Of a DNA stretch of 64,000 bases, positions 39,356 to 55,475 are shown one piece after another (position 1 is the first letter of the stretch; each line of letters starts with the position of its first letter). Source of the stretch: Octopus sinensis (taxonomy: Eukaryota); contig NC_042997.1 in NCBI RefSeq assembly GCF_006345805.1, forward strand, positions 69,626,001 to 69,690,000. Reading direction: 5' to 3'. The translations under genes were made by a program, and so were the position numbers. The notes under the pieces are model-generated. The model saw only the letters and a list, made by a program, of their open reading frames with translations, was not told where the DNA came from and made no database searches.

Positions 39356-39579
39356 TAGAGCTAATCGACTTCTATGACCTGTTTTATAGACTCTCCGGAC
39401 TAAGAGGGGAAAAAAAATTGGGTGGGGTCATGTCTCTGTGGTTAACAAGTTTCCTTTGCAATCATGTGGTTTCGGGTTCAGTCCTATTGCGTGGCATCAG
39501 GGGTATCTTTAACTCTAGCTCTGGACTGATTAATGCCTTGTTAGTGAAATTGGTAGCGGGATACTTATGTCTGTATATT

Positions 39580-39792
39580 GGTCTCAAATTTTGGCACACG
39601 CCAACAAATTCGAGGAGTGGATAAGTTGATTACATCGACCCCAGTTCTAAACTGGTACTTATTTTATCGACCCCGAAAAGATGAAAGGCAAAGTTGACCT
39701 TGATGGAATTTGAACTCTGAATGTAAAGACGGACGAAATACCTCTAAGCATTTTGCTCGGCGTGCTAACGATTCTGCCAGCTCACCGCCTTA
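39580..39792 (-). mobile_element. SINE family B
   Basis: GGTACTTATTTTATCGACCCCGAAAAGATGAAAGGCAAAG...TTCTGCCAGCTCACCGCCTT. Confidence 0.85.
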
Positions 39793-40443
39793 TATACAAT
39801 ATGAGTGTGTGTGTGAGTGTGTGTGTGTGTGTGTGTGTGCGTGTGCATGCGTGCGCGCGTGTGTGTTTGTGCTTATGGTTGCCCCGCCTTCTCCAGCACT
39901 AGACATCCGGTGTTTGCGCTTCAACAAAAGTGACGAATAAAATAAGAACCCAGCTTAACATTTAAAAAAATGTAAAAATAAATACTGGAATTGCTACGTT
40001 CAACCAAAGCCTTGAAGGTGGTGCTCCAGCATGGCTGTAGTCCAATGAGTGAAGCAAGTAAAAGATAAAATATCCTGGCAAGAGTTTTTGAGCTCAATCA
40101 TCTGTGAGCTGTAAAGATATTTTAGTCAATCAGTGTAGCAATAGAGACATCCCGAACACTTCATCGCTTCATCTATCTAAATACTTATTTATAACTTTGG
40201 CACCGGGCCAGAGGATTTGTTATTGTTTGTTGTTTATTTTATTCTTTTATTTATTTTTGGTGGGGAGAGGCAGATAATCGGTTTAATCAACCCTAATACA
40301 CGGCTGGTATTGACATTATCAATCTCGGAATGATGAAAGGCCAACCACGAGATTGCTGTGATATTTAACTTTCGTCCCTTAAAGGGACTGCCACTGTAAT
40401 TGCTGTATCTATCGTTTCTTTCCTCCTTTCTTCTTCCTCCCAC

Positions 40444-40494
<51 letters not shown>

Positions 40495-40499
40495 ACCTG

Positions 40500-40562
<63 letters not shown>

Positions 40563-41996
40563 GTTCGTCTATCTGACACTCGCTCCCACTCAAGTGCACT
40601 CTCTCTTACTTTCATTTAGTTTCTCTTTCTTCCACTCGCTCTCCCTTCACACGCTTTAATACTCCAATAGCACATAGCTCCCACACACATTTATATACAT
40701 ATACAAAAACACACATTCATATCTCATACGTACATGCAAACACACACACATACACACACATTTATACACGCGCATACACGCATACACATACGTACACCCC
40801 ATCTCTCACAGACACGCATCTCATACAGCCACCTTCCACATCCTAGCTCTGCTCGCAAACACAACGTCAGTTACATACTTTTTTCTTCATATCTCTCACC
40901 TTATCTCCCCCTCTCTTTGTTTCACACACTCTTTCTTCGTTTTTTTTCTCTCTCAAAATCTCTGCCCTCCTCTTCCCACACCTATCTCTTATTTTTCTGT
41001 TCATTCACTTCCCTCCCTCGTATTCCCTCACTTTTACTTTGCCACTCCCACCACTACTAAGACTACCACCTTGTGTTTTCTTTTGCTTCTCCTCTTCCTC
41101 CAATATTCCCGCACACCCTCCCACACACATAGACACATACACACACAATTCACACAGATAAAATCTGCTTCAAACACATACATAAATACACGCGCGCCCA
41201 CATACACACACACACGTACATTCGTACATCTATATAAAGAAACTAAGATAAACAATGACACAAAGAAAATACACATATGTGTGTGTATGTGTGTGTGAGT
41301 GTGTATATGTGGGTTGTATGTGTGTATATGTATATGTATAAATGTATGTATATATATAATATATATATATGTACACACTCACACACACACACACACACAC
41401 ATAGTTACATACATATATATACACACAGTATATATACATACATAAAGACATATTTACAGACCACACATACATATTTATAAATGAAATATATATTTCAAAA
41501 TATGTTCATATTGGTGTGCGTGTGTGTGTCTATATGGTGTAAATGTGTATGTATAAATGCATTAATGTGTCTATATATGTGTATGAGTGTGTAACGTATA
41601 TATATAATATATATATATATATAATATATATATATATTAAAATATATATATATGAATATATATACACATATGTATAAACACACACACGCACATAAATATA
41701 TTAGTTGTTTGAATAATGTATATGTGAATGTATGTATATACATCATGCACATACACACACACAATCACCCAGTCACTTACATCCGCCGCACCCGTTCAGG
41801 CGCGCACACACACACACACACACAAAAGCATAGATATTAGGGCACACCCACACACTCTCACGGAGACAGACACATACGCACACATACACACACTATACAC
41901 ACACTCATACACACATGCACTTCACATAGAGACAGTTACGAAAATACACTGCACACAAAAATCAACGAAAGCAACTGTGACTGACGACTAACGAAG

Positions 41997-42096
41997 NNNN
42001 NNNNNNNNNNNNNNNNNNNNNNNNNNNNNNNNNNNNNNNNNNNNNNNNNNNNNNNNNNNNNNNNNNNNNNNNNNNNNNNNNNNNNNNNNNNNNNNN
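41997..42096. other. Assembly gap (100 N)
   Basis: Run of N; contiguity across it is not guaranteed. Confidence 0.99.
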
Positions 42097-42097
42097 T

Positions 42098-42148
<51 letters not shown>

Positions 42149-43946
42149 TTATTTTTTCATTCATTCATTTATTCTCTTATTTATCTTTTAATTTTTCTAT
42201 CCATCATTCGTTTTTCTTTGCGTTGTTTCTTTCTTTAGTACTTTACTTTTGCTTGTTTGTTTGTGAGGTGGGGTTGGAGATGTTCGTGGTGGCGATGGTG
42301 GTGGTTTTTTTTTTCATAATCGATTTTATTTGCTTATTTCTTGTTTGTTTGGAAAATATGTTGCAGTTACATTTGTTGTTGTAGTTGTTGTTGTTATTGT
42401 TGCTTGTTTCAAGGATCGAGCATTACCCATGATCCAAAGAGGCTCCAGTCGTGACCATCCATGCACATCTTTTATATATTTACTTATAATTTTTAAAACA
42501 ACCAAAAATTTTGTTGATTGTAGGGTTACATCTGAAACAAAAAAAAAAACGAAGAACCAAAAATAAAGAGAGCCAATCAGAGAGCTTCGAATTAATAAAA
42601 ATAGTAGCCAAAACTATTCGAATCACACCACAGTGTTTTTCAGGAGAAAGTGATATTGGTTAATAAGATCTTATTTGCACAACGTCTGGAAATACGGTGG
42701 GATGGTCAAGGCTAGAATACATTTGGTCGTTAGTCTGCTTTATAAACAGTTATGTAAAACTAAGCCACAGCAGAAGCAGCAACAGCAACAAATGCAAGAA
42801 CCCTTACTTTTCTATATATTTAGAAATAGATGTTTATAGTTGGAGTTTAGTGTATGCACATATCTCAGAGGGTGTCACCCGAAGACACTCGGAGATATAA
42901 CACATCGAAACACAGAATAAATATATGCGTGTAAAAAATTATTGCATGACTGAACAGTGCGAAAAATTCAAATCTTTGCAACACAAATTTAAGGAATCAG
43001 ATGAAATGTCATGTGGTAAATATTTTAATTCCTGGTGTTTAAAGGGGTCGATGAAATAGAGTAACCGTCAGATACAGAATCGATGGCATCGACTTTGATC
43101 TAAAAAGAAAAACTGATAGAAAATTTGTTTCTCGCTCTAACATTTATGTCAAGCCATCACCTTTGATGATGATGATGATGATGATGATAGAGATTATAAT
43201 TTTTCTAATTTAAGGCACGAATACTGAAATTTTTGTGGGGAGATGGCTAGTCGTTATCATCAACCCCCTCACTAATTGATTGGTACTTTATTTTATTGAC
43301 CCAAGGCGGAAGAAAGGCAATGTTGAATATGGTGGAATTTAAGCTGAGACTAGATTCGAAAGAAATAAAACGAGATTAATTTACCCATCTGTTAGCTAAT
43401 ACCAGATAGATTTCGATACAAGACCAATAACTTCGGGGATAGAGCAAATCGACTACATTGACCTCGTGCTCAGCTCGTACTTATTTTTATCGATTTGGAA
43501 GGATGAAAGGCAAAGTCGACCCCAGTGCAATTTGAACTCAGGACGTAAAGACGGACGAAATGCCGCTAAGAATTTTGCCTAACGTGCTAACGATTCTGCC
43601 AGCACACAGCTCTAATATAGTCATTTATATCGCCATCAAGAAAAAATTTGGTTCCTTCTTTGCTCATGAGATTTGGCATTCATATATAGACATCTGCTTA
43701 CAAAGACAAACGTTCACACACGTGCGCGCGCACACGCACATGCATGTTCTGCATGCTCATATACACATAACAATTTATAATATTTCAGAAAAACCAATGG
43801 TATTTCGTTAACCCTATTCCATCAAAACAATACTTACAATTCTAACTCGAAAAGGGTAACAGAAATGTTGATAATAATAATAGTTGTAGTAATAATAATA
43901 ATAATAATAATAATAATGATAATAATAATAATAATAATAATAATAC

Positions 43947-44448
43947 CATGTACATTGTTATGTCTTAGTATAAAAGATGGGCTACAACAAATATTCTGCT
44001 TAATACCACAGATTTGCTCTTCAGTTGTTTGACCTTAACCAGTTGACCATGTCCCTTAGTGGCTGACGATATGTGCATCTCTGATCACGAGCAGAAATAG
44101 TTGGGGAGCATCATAGTCATGTGTTGAGAGGGATTATTTGGGGTTTGAATAATTCACCTCTGGAAACATGGGTGTTACGTTCAACATCCTTAAACAGCCC
44201 TTATTCAGGGACCTTTTGAATGAGATGTGTTACTCGACCAGAAGAAAATTCTAACTGGGCCCCACCTGCAAGGTCATATGCTGTTTATCTTGATATGAGA
44301 TCACCATGTCGCGCACATATGGTTGTGATGCACGTGCCTAGTGTACCCTTATCACAGACGGGTAGTCATGATGGGTTTCCTGGTCTTCGTATATTTTACC
44401 CCCCAGTGTCACTTTGATGGCATGCCTGCTGCTCTCACGCAATAAATA

Positions 44449-44485
<37 letters not shown>
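43947..44485 (+). mobile_element. Probable retroposon 3' segment ending in (AAT)n, inserted in an (AAT)n tract
   Basis: ~500-bp GC-richer block flanked on both sides by (AAT)n; no recognisable ORF. Confidence 0.45.
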
Positions 44486-44844
44486 TTGATATAAAAATCA
44501 ATCGTCTCCTTGTCATCAATCTTCTTTTCTTTCTGTATATGTATACTTATACATGCTCTGAATAAAAAAGTACATTCACACTGTTTCTTATTTTCTTCTA
44601 TACCCATTCACAATCGTACACACTCATACACTTATATATATATTCATGCCAGCACACATATAATTTGCTTGCTATTTGTGTGCGCGTGTAATATATATAT
44701 ATATACCCATACTTACTGACACACACATACACATATGCACATATATATACATATATATATATATATGTAAATGTGCATATCTATGCACATATACATACAT
44801 ATATATCATGTACTATACATATGTATGAATATATATAACACATT

Positions 44845-44905
<61 letters not shown>

Positions 44906-45196
44906 TTGTGTGTAGGTGTGCGTGTATATGTTTGTAAACTTGTGTACGTGCCTATATAAACACATGTCTTCTATGTAAGAACGAAGCCGGAAGCAATTCC
45001 TAGATTTTGACCGCATTAACGATATGAATGCATTGAGATTGAAATCGATTTCCCCTTAACTGTTTATAGCATATTAGTGTTATAAAGAGCGAGCGTGCGG
45101 GTAAAAACATATATCCATCCATCCATCCATCCATCCATCCATCAATACACACATCCATCTATCCCCACATACATACATACATCATACATACATACA

Positions 45197-45268
<72 letters not shown>

Positions 45269-45510
45269 CGTATTAAAAGGTACATGTTTATGGTGATGTG
45301 ATATTCGCGTGTTATATATTTCCTTAACTACAAAGGTATTTATGTCTGTACTGGTACACTGGGATGTTTATATACATATATGCCTGCGTGCATAACTGTA
45401 TGTACGATATATATATATATATATATATATATTATGTGTTGTGTGTGGTGTGTGTGTGTGTGTGCGTGTGTGTGTACACACGATATATATATATATCTAT
45501 ATATTATATG

Positions 45511-45555
<45 letters not shown>

Positions 45556-45737
45556 CAAATACACACACACACATATATTGTATATTATGTATATATATAT
45601 AATTACATATATATGTATGCGTAAAAACACTCATACACATCAACACGCGCACACAGACACACACACATATGTGCATATATATTATATATGTGTATATATA
45701 TATATATATACACATACACACACATATATATATACAT

Positions 45738-45771
<34 letters not shown>

Positions 45772-45824
45772 GTACATATATACATCTAAATCCATATATA
45801 TATTTATGTGTGTTTGTGTGTGTT

Positions 45825-45875
<51 letters not shown>

Positions 45876-46393
45876 TGTGTGCGTGCGTGTGTGGTGTGGT
45901 GTCTCCTACTCTTCAAAACAGTTGGAAATATCTTTAATTGCAAAATGCATGTATTTTAAACTTTGAATATATAAACTATAATTAACTTCGGTCTGAGGAC
46001 TTTTTCAGTAGAAAACTGAAGACGTAATCTCATGGTTCTGCTACAAAAATTAGTTTTGGTCTTCTTTGAATTTGATACTTTCATAAATCTTTTAAAAAAT
46101 TCGATTTTAGTTGAGACAACTCAAAACAGCAAATAAGAAAACTATAAACAAAAATCTAACATAAATTGGTTATAGAAAACTAAGATTATAAAATACTAGT
46201 GTGTATTAACAAATAAAAATTTAGTACGTTTAAGTATGCTGAGGTAAATATTAATCAAAGTGCGGTTTGTGACAAAGACATAGAATGAACCTTATCTTAA
46301 TTAGTAATTAGTAAATACACAATTTGTCAAAATTTGACACACACGCACGCACAAACACAGACACGCGCAGGCGTGCACACACACACATTCTCA

Positions 46394-46429
<36 letters not shown>

Positions 46430-47065
46430 AACACACTCACATACATATATGTGTAAAGAAGAAATAAATTCCACGAAAAGTTCAATTTTCTTTCTGGCAA
46501 AGTATTTTATACGATGTACATGATATGAAGTATTTACTTGTATGTGCGTGTGTGTGTGTGGGGGGGGGGTGAGTGGAGGTCCGTGGCATAGTGGTTAAGG
46601 CGTCCACTCAGGATTGTGGCTTTGATTCCTGGACCAAGGAATTCATTGTTGTGAAAAATACGTTACTCCAGATCTCTCGGATATCAAAAATAAGTAATCT
46701 TTCCACGAACGGTTTTCCTTCCATGTGGGAAATATTTACGACAGGAAATCTAGGAAACCAGCCTTATGAGCTTATGACGCGGGAAGGACATTTTATTACT
46801 ATATCTATTATATATATATATATACATATAGATGTGTGTGTGTGTAAGCATATACATATAGGTATGTGTGAGAGATCGAGAGTCCAAATATTTTCGTGTG
46901 TATGTATATGTAATTAAGAAGATGAGGGCTATTACTTTATGAGTCCGTTTATCAACGTATGTCTCTATGTCTGTACTTTCCTTCCAAGGGTTACTCCTAA
47001 CACATTGCAAGATTTAGAAAAGATAATACATACATGCATACATACATAAATACATACATACATAC

Positions 47066-47106
<41 letters not shown>

Positions 47107-47107
47107 G

Positions 47108-47151
<44 letters not shown>

Positions 47152-47200
47152 CATATATATACATATTATATACATATTCATATATATAATATATACAAAC

Positions 47201-47245
<45 letters not shown>

Positions 47246-47291
47246 CAATATATATATATACACATATATATATACATACAATATATATATA

Positions 47292-47345
<54 letters not shown>

Positions 47346-47354
47346 TATATATAC

Positions 47355-47399
<45 letters not shown>

Positions 47400-47458
47400 T
47401 TATATTACGTATATAACGTATATATGCATATAAATATATAAATAAATAAATAAATATA

Positions 47459-47489
<31 letters not shown>

Positions 47490-48219
47490 AGATAAAAATG
47501 TTTACTCAGTTCCAGATTGTCTGTGTGATAAAAAGAATATTCGTATATCTGAAGATTCAATATCACGATGCATGACTGTTACGAGAGCAAGAAATTAATA
47601 AACAAAAGTTATGGAGAGGAAGTAGAACGCAGAAAATAGTATATAGACTGAGTAAGTGCGACGACAGAAAAGATTGTAAGATTACAAGGCTGAAGAAATA
47701 GCATCTATGAACACTCGTACACATACCCACATGCATATATAGCCGTACCCATAAATATACATATATAAATAAAATATACATACATACAAAAAAAACCTAC
47801 AGTCACACACACACAAACACACACACACACGTACATGCACATGCACACGCACACACAAACATTAACCCTCATACATATCTGTTTATAGAATCTCGCGCAC
47901 ATATTTAAGAGGTATATTTCATTATATCCACGTATATTTATGTATGTGCATGCATATATAGATCAGAGTGCGCATGCATCTATATATGTGTATATTGTAT
48001 GTATATATATATATATACATATACATATATAATAATATATATATATATAGATATATATATAATATATATATAATAATATATATATATATATAATATATAT
48101 ATTATATACACAAATCAAATTGCGATAAAAATAAAAATAAAAATAATTATAATCGCTGGTATTACTATATATATATATATATATACATATACATACATAT
48201 ATAGAAATACATATATAAA

Positions 48220-48258
<39 letters not shown>

Positions 48259-48267
48259 TATATTATA

Positions 48268-48349
<82 letters not shown>

Positions 48350-48692
48350 TAATACCCGCAGGCACAGATATATTAATTTACAAATGTACAAGTGCATGGG
48401 AATATGTGCATGAATATGCACATATATATATACAGCTGGGAAATTCAATGCCCATATAAAATTTATGTATTTATACTCAGTTATGAATACACACATACAC
48501 ACATCCACACGCACATATATATAATATATTATGAAGTATATATATATATATATATATATAGATGTGTATATGTATAATATATATGTGTGTTTGTGTATAT
48601 ATATGTATATATATATATATACATATATATATAGGTAGGTAGGTAGGTAGGTATATATATATAATATATATATAATATATAATAATACATAC

Positions 48693-48734
<42 letters not shown>

Positions 48735-49517
48735 GATAGATAGATAGATAGATAGATGGATAGATAGATGGATTACAATAGATTTATATAGCTGTGGGAA
48801 GTGCTTCTTTTAACGAATCTCTTTACTCAAATGTACCGAATTGTCATGTTAAGACTATTATACATTATATCATCATCATCATCATCATCATCGTTTAGCG
48901 TCCGTTTTCCATGCTAGCATGGGTATATATTCCCACTTGTTGCGTATATGCCTATACATACCTGCATACGTGTGTGTTTTTGAGGCTGCGATTATGTGTG
49001 TATGTGTGTTTGAGTGTGTCTGTGCATGCTTGCATTGTATACATGCATTTCTGTATCTGTATTTATTGCGTAATCTTATTCAGATTTCGTCATGCATTTT
49101 TGCGTTCCACTTCATACACCCTCGTGCATCTTTCTTCTTTTTTCATAAATATGAGCATAAATATGAGAATATACAAATTTTCATTTTCCCTTTCATGTAA
49201 CCACGGATGCTCGCACGCGTATAAGCACAGATTCACACACAAACACACATACACACACGCACACACTCTGTCTTTCTCTCCGCCCCCCTCTCTCTCTCTC
49301 TCTCTCTCTCTCCCTCAGGCACACATACACACCCTCCTCCCTCTCATATTTCGCGCACTGAAATTAATTTCCTATGAAAACTAAAAGCCATCTTTAATAT
49401 AAACTTACATATATACATGCAGACACACACACACACACATACGCACATGCATATATATATGAATTGAACTGAATTGAACGGTTTTCAGCTCACGAGCTGT
49501 GGCCATGCTGGGGCACC

Positions 49518-49603
<86 letters not shown>

Positions 49604-51055
49604 ATAAAAGGGTAAAATTAATTAATTAAATAAATTAATTTAATCAATCAATTAATTAATAATTTTACCAAATAGATCGGCACGTTAAAATTAAGTTTGT
49701 AGGTAAATTATACAAATATTCTACACTCATAAACAAAATCATATATATATATATATATATTGCGCCCTGGAAAATATTATTGACCAACAAATATCCTGAA
49801 GAAAATATGAAAACCCAAGTTGAAGCTTAGTAATCTTTTTAGATATATTTAACTATACTCTACATTTTGTATTGAGTACTTCTTACGCTGTTCTTTGTAA
49901 CCACATTGCTTTGAGGTTAAACTGAAAATGTTCGTCTTGATGATGTTATAATAAATTTTGTTTTACTTCAACTATGGAGTTACTCCATCAGTTACCTTAT
50001 TATTCCTAAACTAAAATTAAAGATAATTTCAGGTCAACGTTTGTCCATAGCCGACGTTTATCCAACTGGCAGACTGTTGAGTACTTTCGCTTAATCTTTT
50101 AGAGGGTCTAAGTATTGTGGGGGTGGGGGGGGACATCGACACGCAAGGGGCGCAAACACATACACACATATATAAACACCATATTTACTTTTGATATGCC
50201 GGATATTTTAAAGGCAGAATTGGTAGCACGCCGGGCAAAATGGTTAGCGGGATTTCGTCTAACTTTACGTTCTGAGTTCAAATTCCGCCTACGTTGACTT
50301 TAGCTTTCATCACTTGGGGCTCGATAAAATAAGTAGCAGTCGAACACTGGTATTTTATTACACCTTCCTCAAAATTGCCTAAATGCGATTCTGATATATA
50401 GTATATTTTGATTGAAGATTCTCTTGCTTTCTCTCACATGCCCCCATCTTTTTCACCCCCCACTCTCTCTCTCTTCCCTTCTTTCTCCCTCACACATATG
50501 CTCACACTGTATTTCTCACTGTCTCTTCCTATTATTGTTCAGTTAATCCTTTATCCATAAATAATATCAATTCACATTACATTTAATGGATATTAAGTCA
50601 CACTTTCTGCTAGAGAGAGCTCCTGATGCTATATTTACGCTCGTTGTCCCCCTTCCCCTCCTTTCTTCTTTCTTTCTCTCCCTCCCTCTCCCTTTCTCCT
50701 TTCAGTTAGCTACTACAGCCTTTTTCTCTTTCTTTTCATTTCTATCCCTCTCACACTTTCACCTGCCTCTCTGTCTCACCTTTCTGCATTTCTAAATTAC
50801 TGATTTCATTCCAACCAATATCTTAGCCACAGCTTCCTCAAATTACAAGCTATCATCTAAATAATAATAGCTTAATGATAATATCACACGCACACACATA
50901 TATAAATATAAATTATTTTGGATTATATATTTCTACACACATACACACACACATATATATATATAGAGAGAGAGAGAGAAAGAGAAAGAGGGATATATAT
51001 GTGTATGTGTATGCATTTATATACGCATACACGCATTTATATATATACATGCATC

Positions 51056-51173
<118 letters not shown>

Positions 51174-51814
51174 TATATACACCCACACATATATATAATA
51201 ATTTCCAATTACTAGAATCTTTAGAGCATCGGACGAAATGCCTTGCATTGTTTGTTCCTGGCACAAGGGATGTTCTCTATTCAAACTGTATTTGCGTCAA
51301 TGAATAAAGTACCAGTCAAATTTTGGAGTCGACTTAATCGACCAACTCAATAGCCATGAACCTATATGCGCGCGCGCACACACATACATATATACATACA
51401 TACGTACATACATACATACATACATACATACATACATACATACATACATACATACATACATACATACATACATACATACATGCATGCATACACAGCCACA
51501 GTTTTATATATATATGAGATGATGTGAAATGCGTGTGAGTTTGTTGGGAATGTAGATATGACTTTTGGGATCTCCTGCTTAGATCTTAAAAAAAATTTTA
51601 TCAAAAATTAATCTATATGAGAAATATAAAACCCAAGAAACATTTAATACTCTCCCCTCAAATACAGTAAATCATTAAAAAAAATCCTGCTCTATAATAG
51701 CACTAAAATATCAAACATGAAAAATGAGATACAAGGAAAATGAAGTAAAGGGTTACAATAAAAATAACCATAGCAACAGCAAAACAACAACAGCGACAGC
51801 AATAATAATAATGA

Positions 51815-51998
51815 TTCCAAATTTTGGCACAAGGTCGGCAATTTCCGGAGAGAGACTAAGTTCAACTTATTTTATCGACACCGAATGGATGAATGGTAAA
51901 GGCGACCTCGACGGAATTTGAACTCAGAACGTAAAGACAGACGAAATGCTGCTAAACATTTTGCCCAACTCGCTAACGTTCCTGCCAGCTCGCCGCCT
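51815..51998 (-). mobile_element. SINE family B
   Basis: GACCTCGACGGAATTTGAACTCAGAACGTAAAG...CTGCCAGCTCGCCGCC. Confidence 0.8.
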
Positions 51999-53129
51999 AA
52001 TAATGATAATAATAAATAATATAATATAATAATATAATAATATAATAGTAATAAAATAATAATAATAATAATAATAATAATATAATTAATAATAATAATG
52101 ATGATGATGATACTTCTTTTGTTAATAGTAGGGTGACGGATGGAACATTAAGTGTACACAATTTGCAAAACTTTGGGGGTATACAAATTATAATTATAAT
52201 CATAATAAAGTTGATGATGGTGGTGACAGTTACAATGATGAAGATGATGATGATGATGATGATGATGAGAATGATAATTATATGTCTCTTTATGCGCATG
52301 CCTGATGTTGTTATTGTTGGTGTTGATGTTGCGTGTGTGTGTGTGTGTGTCCATGAATGTTTGAGTGTGAGCACTCGTGTCCTCTTTGTATGTTGACGTG
52401 TGCGTAGACATACAAGAATGCACACGTGCTCAGCCCTTCACCCAAATACACCGCACTTCTCCACCACTCTCTTTTTTGCTGCATTGTACATTGTACAGAA
52501 TTTCTTTCGCTCCATTTCTCATAATCCCCTTCTCTCCTCTCCGCTCTCTTTTCCTCTCTCTTCCTCTCTCTCTCTCACCTGTCGATATTATTGTGGGAAC
52601 GGGTTGAGATCACGCTAACACCAATCTGAATATGTCAGTAGTGATGATGACAACGACGATAATGATGACGAGGACAATGATGACGAGGAGGAGGAAGAGG
52701 AAAAGGAGGAACGGGGGCGGGGAAGAAAAACGAAATATTAATTTGAAGAAAGTGGCGGATGCAATCGATTAATTGATGGGGAGTGGTCTCTGGTATAGGG
52801 AGGATTAGAAGAAGAAGAAGAAAACAACAACAACAGCAACAACAAAAACAACAAGAATGCGAGAAAATGATTAAAGTCAAATAGACAGGCTAATATAAAA
52901 AAAATTTACAAACAAGAAAGGAACGGCTGATTGATTTAATATAATACATGCGGAATAAATATCTGAATAAATAAGCATGATGGTAAATTACCTCAAAAAT
53001 AAAGAAAGATAGAAAATAAAGAATATGGTCATGTTGGTAGTAAAGAAAATCAGAAGAATAAAATGAAAAGATACTGAACTGCAGGGGTTGGGACTGGTTA
53101 GTTATTTATGTAAGAACACAAATAAATAT

Positions 53130-54150
53130 TGATTCCAAATTTTGGCACAAGGCTAGCAATTTTGAGGACAGGGGGTAGCTGATTACATCGATTTCAGTGC
53201 TCAACTGGTTCTTATTTTACGGAGGCCCGAAAGACGAAGACAAAAGTCGCCAGGATTTGAACTCAGGATGAAATGTTCCCAAGCATTTTGCCCGGCGTGC
53301 TAACAATTCTGCCCGGCCACCGCCTTAGGAACGTAAACAAATACGTTAATATTTATTTCGGAATAAGGTTTGTTATTTGAGGAGAAAGAGCTTAGTTGAG
53401 TTTATTAACTCCGGTACCTGACTGGTGGAAATCAGGAAAGATGGAGGCCAAGTTCGAGCTCAGCTGTATTTGAACCCAGAACAAAAAGAATCATGAAAAA
53501 GACCTACACGACATTTTGTCCAATTTCTAAAGATTTTGCCAATTCTTCGCCCTTAGTGATAGTTCTAGCTTAGACACTGGGTCTGAAATTTGGAAGAAGG
53601 GTTAGTTGATACTATCCACTCCAGTACTTAGCTGGCATTTAATTCTATTGACCTCAAAATGATGAAAAGCGAAGTTGACCTCGGTCAGATATGTTCTCTG
53701 AACGTAAAATGCCAGAAGGAATACCATAAAACATTTTTCTAACGCTCCAACGAAGTTTTTGATTTTTAAGGAAGCTTTCTAAAATCATACAAGGTTACAC
53801 ATTGTGGAGGAAGGAAGTAGTCAATTTAATTGATCCTACTAATTGTACATATGTTTTCGTCCCAGGAAGAATAAAAACAAAGTTGTTGATAACAGGATTT
53901 GAAATCAGAAAGTAAATAATAATAATTTTGGCAAAAGGCCTGCAGCGTTACGCAGCGTTATTCGATTAAATCGACCCCACGGCTTGAATATTACTCTATT
54001 TTATCGACTCCGAAAGAATACAAAGCAAAGTTGACCTCGACAGGATTTGAGCTCAGAATGTAAAATGCCGGGTGAAATACTGCTAAGTATTTTGTAATGA
54101 CAATAATAATTCGCTATCAGGCGCACAAGGCTTGATATTTTGGAGGAGGC
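53130..54150 (-). repeat. Head-to-tail cluster of about five degenerate SINE B copies
   Basis: Recurrent TTTGGCACAAGG / GATTTGAACTCAG / AGCATTTTG motifs at ~200-bp spacing, all in one orientation. Confidence 0.65.
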
Positions 54151-54625
54151 ATTTTGTAATAATAATAGTTATGACGGAGTTCTATATCGATTTCAACAAT
54201 GGTATTTAATTGTTCGATCAACTATATAACCTAATTATTGAATTTTTGTATAATGGCTGAACTTTTCAGTCATGCATTGTCTTAGCATAATTATTCTCAA
54301 GCAGAAACAACGCTACACACTGTGACAAGATTGGTCCTTTTAATTGCAGCTACAATCCATTTTCCACACTCTGTGTACCTAAATTCACTTGCAGGCCTTG
54401 TGTCGACCGGAAGCTATTCAAAAAGACACTTACCCAAGATGCCACGAACACAAGACCTCGTGATCGCAAAGTCAACTTCACAGCTATTTTCTCATGCGCC
54501 ATCCACTTTCTTGCTAAAATTTTGGGGAGGTATAAAGGTATTGTTTTATATGGTATTACCACTACTTGACTGATACTTAATTTCTCGAACCCAGAAGGAT
54601 TAAAATTGACCTTATCTCAAGAAGA

Positions 54626-54685
<60 letters not shown>

Positions 54686-55170
54686 CGCCTCTTCCTTATA
54701 GACATTCACCTACACATATGTGTGCATGTATACAAATACAAATTGATAGAGAAAAATAAAAATATATGCACGTATAAATAAATGCATTCTGCTCAAATTT
54801 CAATTTCCAACGAGAGATTTGAAAATTCCTTGTCTGTATTTGTAGCCCTGAGTTTAGTTTCAGAAAAAAATTTTCACTATATTCCATGAGACCCATTTCT
54901 CTTCTTCTCTCTCATCTTTCATACCTGGTTATAATATGTGTCTGCACCAATTCAAATATTTGAATTTCAAACAGACACAGACTCCATGTTTGTCAACAAA
55001 TAAATTCCATATAACTTTGAGTTCGATTGTACAGAGCATGAATTTACCCAGTTGTCTACTACATGAATAAAAATAATGTCCTGAAAGTGGAATTTGTTGG
55101 GGGAAACTGTGCAGAAACTAGGCTTATATATACACAAACATACATGTATATAGGTATCTATGTACGTATG

Positions 55171-55207
<37 letters not shown>

Positions 55208-55305
55208 TATATGCATGTATTCATATATATGTATACATACATACACACGTACACACACACACACATATATAGTATATGTATATATGCATATATACATATG
55301 CATAT

Positions 55306-55368
<63 letters not shown>

Positions 55369-55475
55369 GAAATGGAAAAAAATAGAGGACAATAAACACT
55401 CGGATAGACGATACAAGGGCAGACAGGAAAAACAACAATTACATGGACAGGAAAAAATAGGACGGGTCATTCGTG

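Noticed and set aside
42870-42940. CCGAAGA...ATC-GAAA-CAC...GTG-TA hammerhead-like remnant
   Set aside because: Core box mutated and no stem I partner.
44600-48780. Many overlapping 60-150 aa ORFs ([12 protein letters not shown]); similar sets at 16-23 kb, 40-42 kb and 55-57 kb
   Set aside because: Translations of stop-free (TA)n/(CA)n/(TACA)n microsatellites; not genes.
53130-54150. Regularly spaced repeats, superficially CRISPR-like
   Set aside because: Eukaryotic SINE copies ~200 bp long; no short repeat/unique spacer structure and no cas genes.
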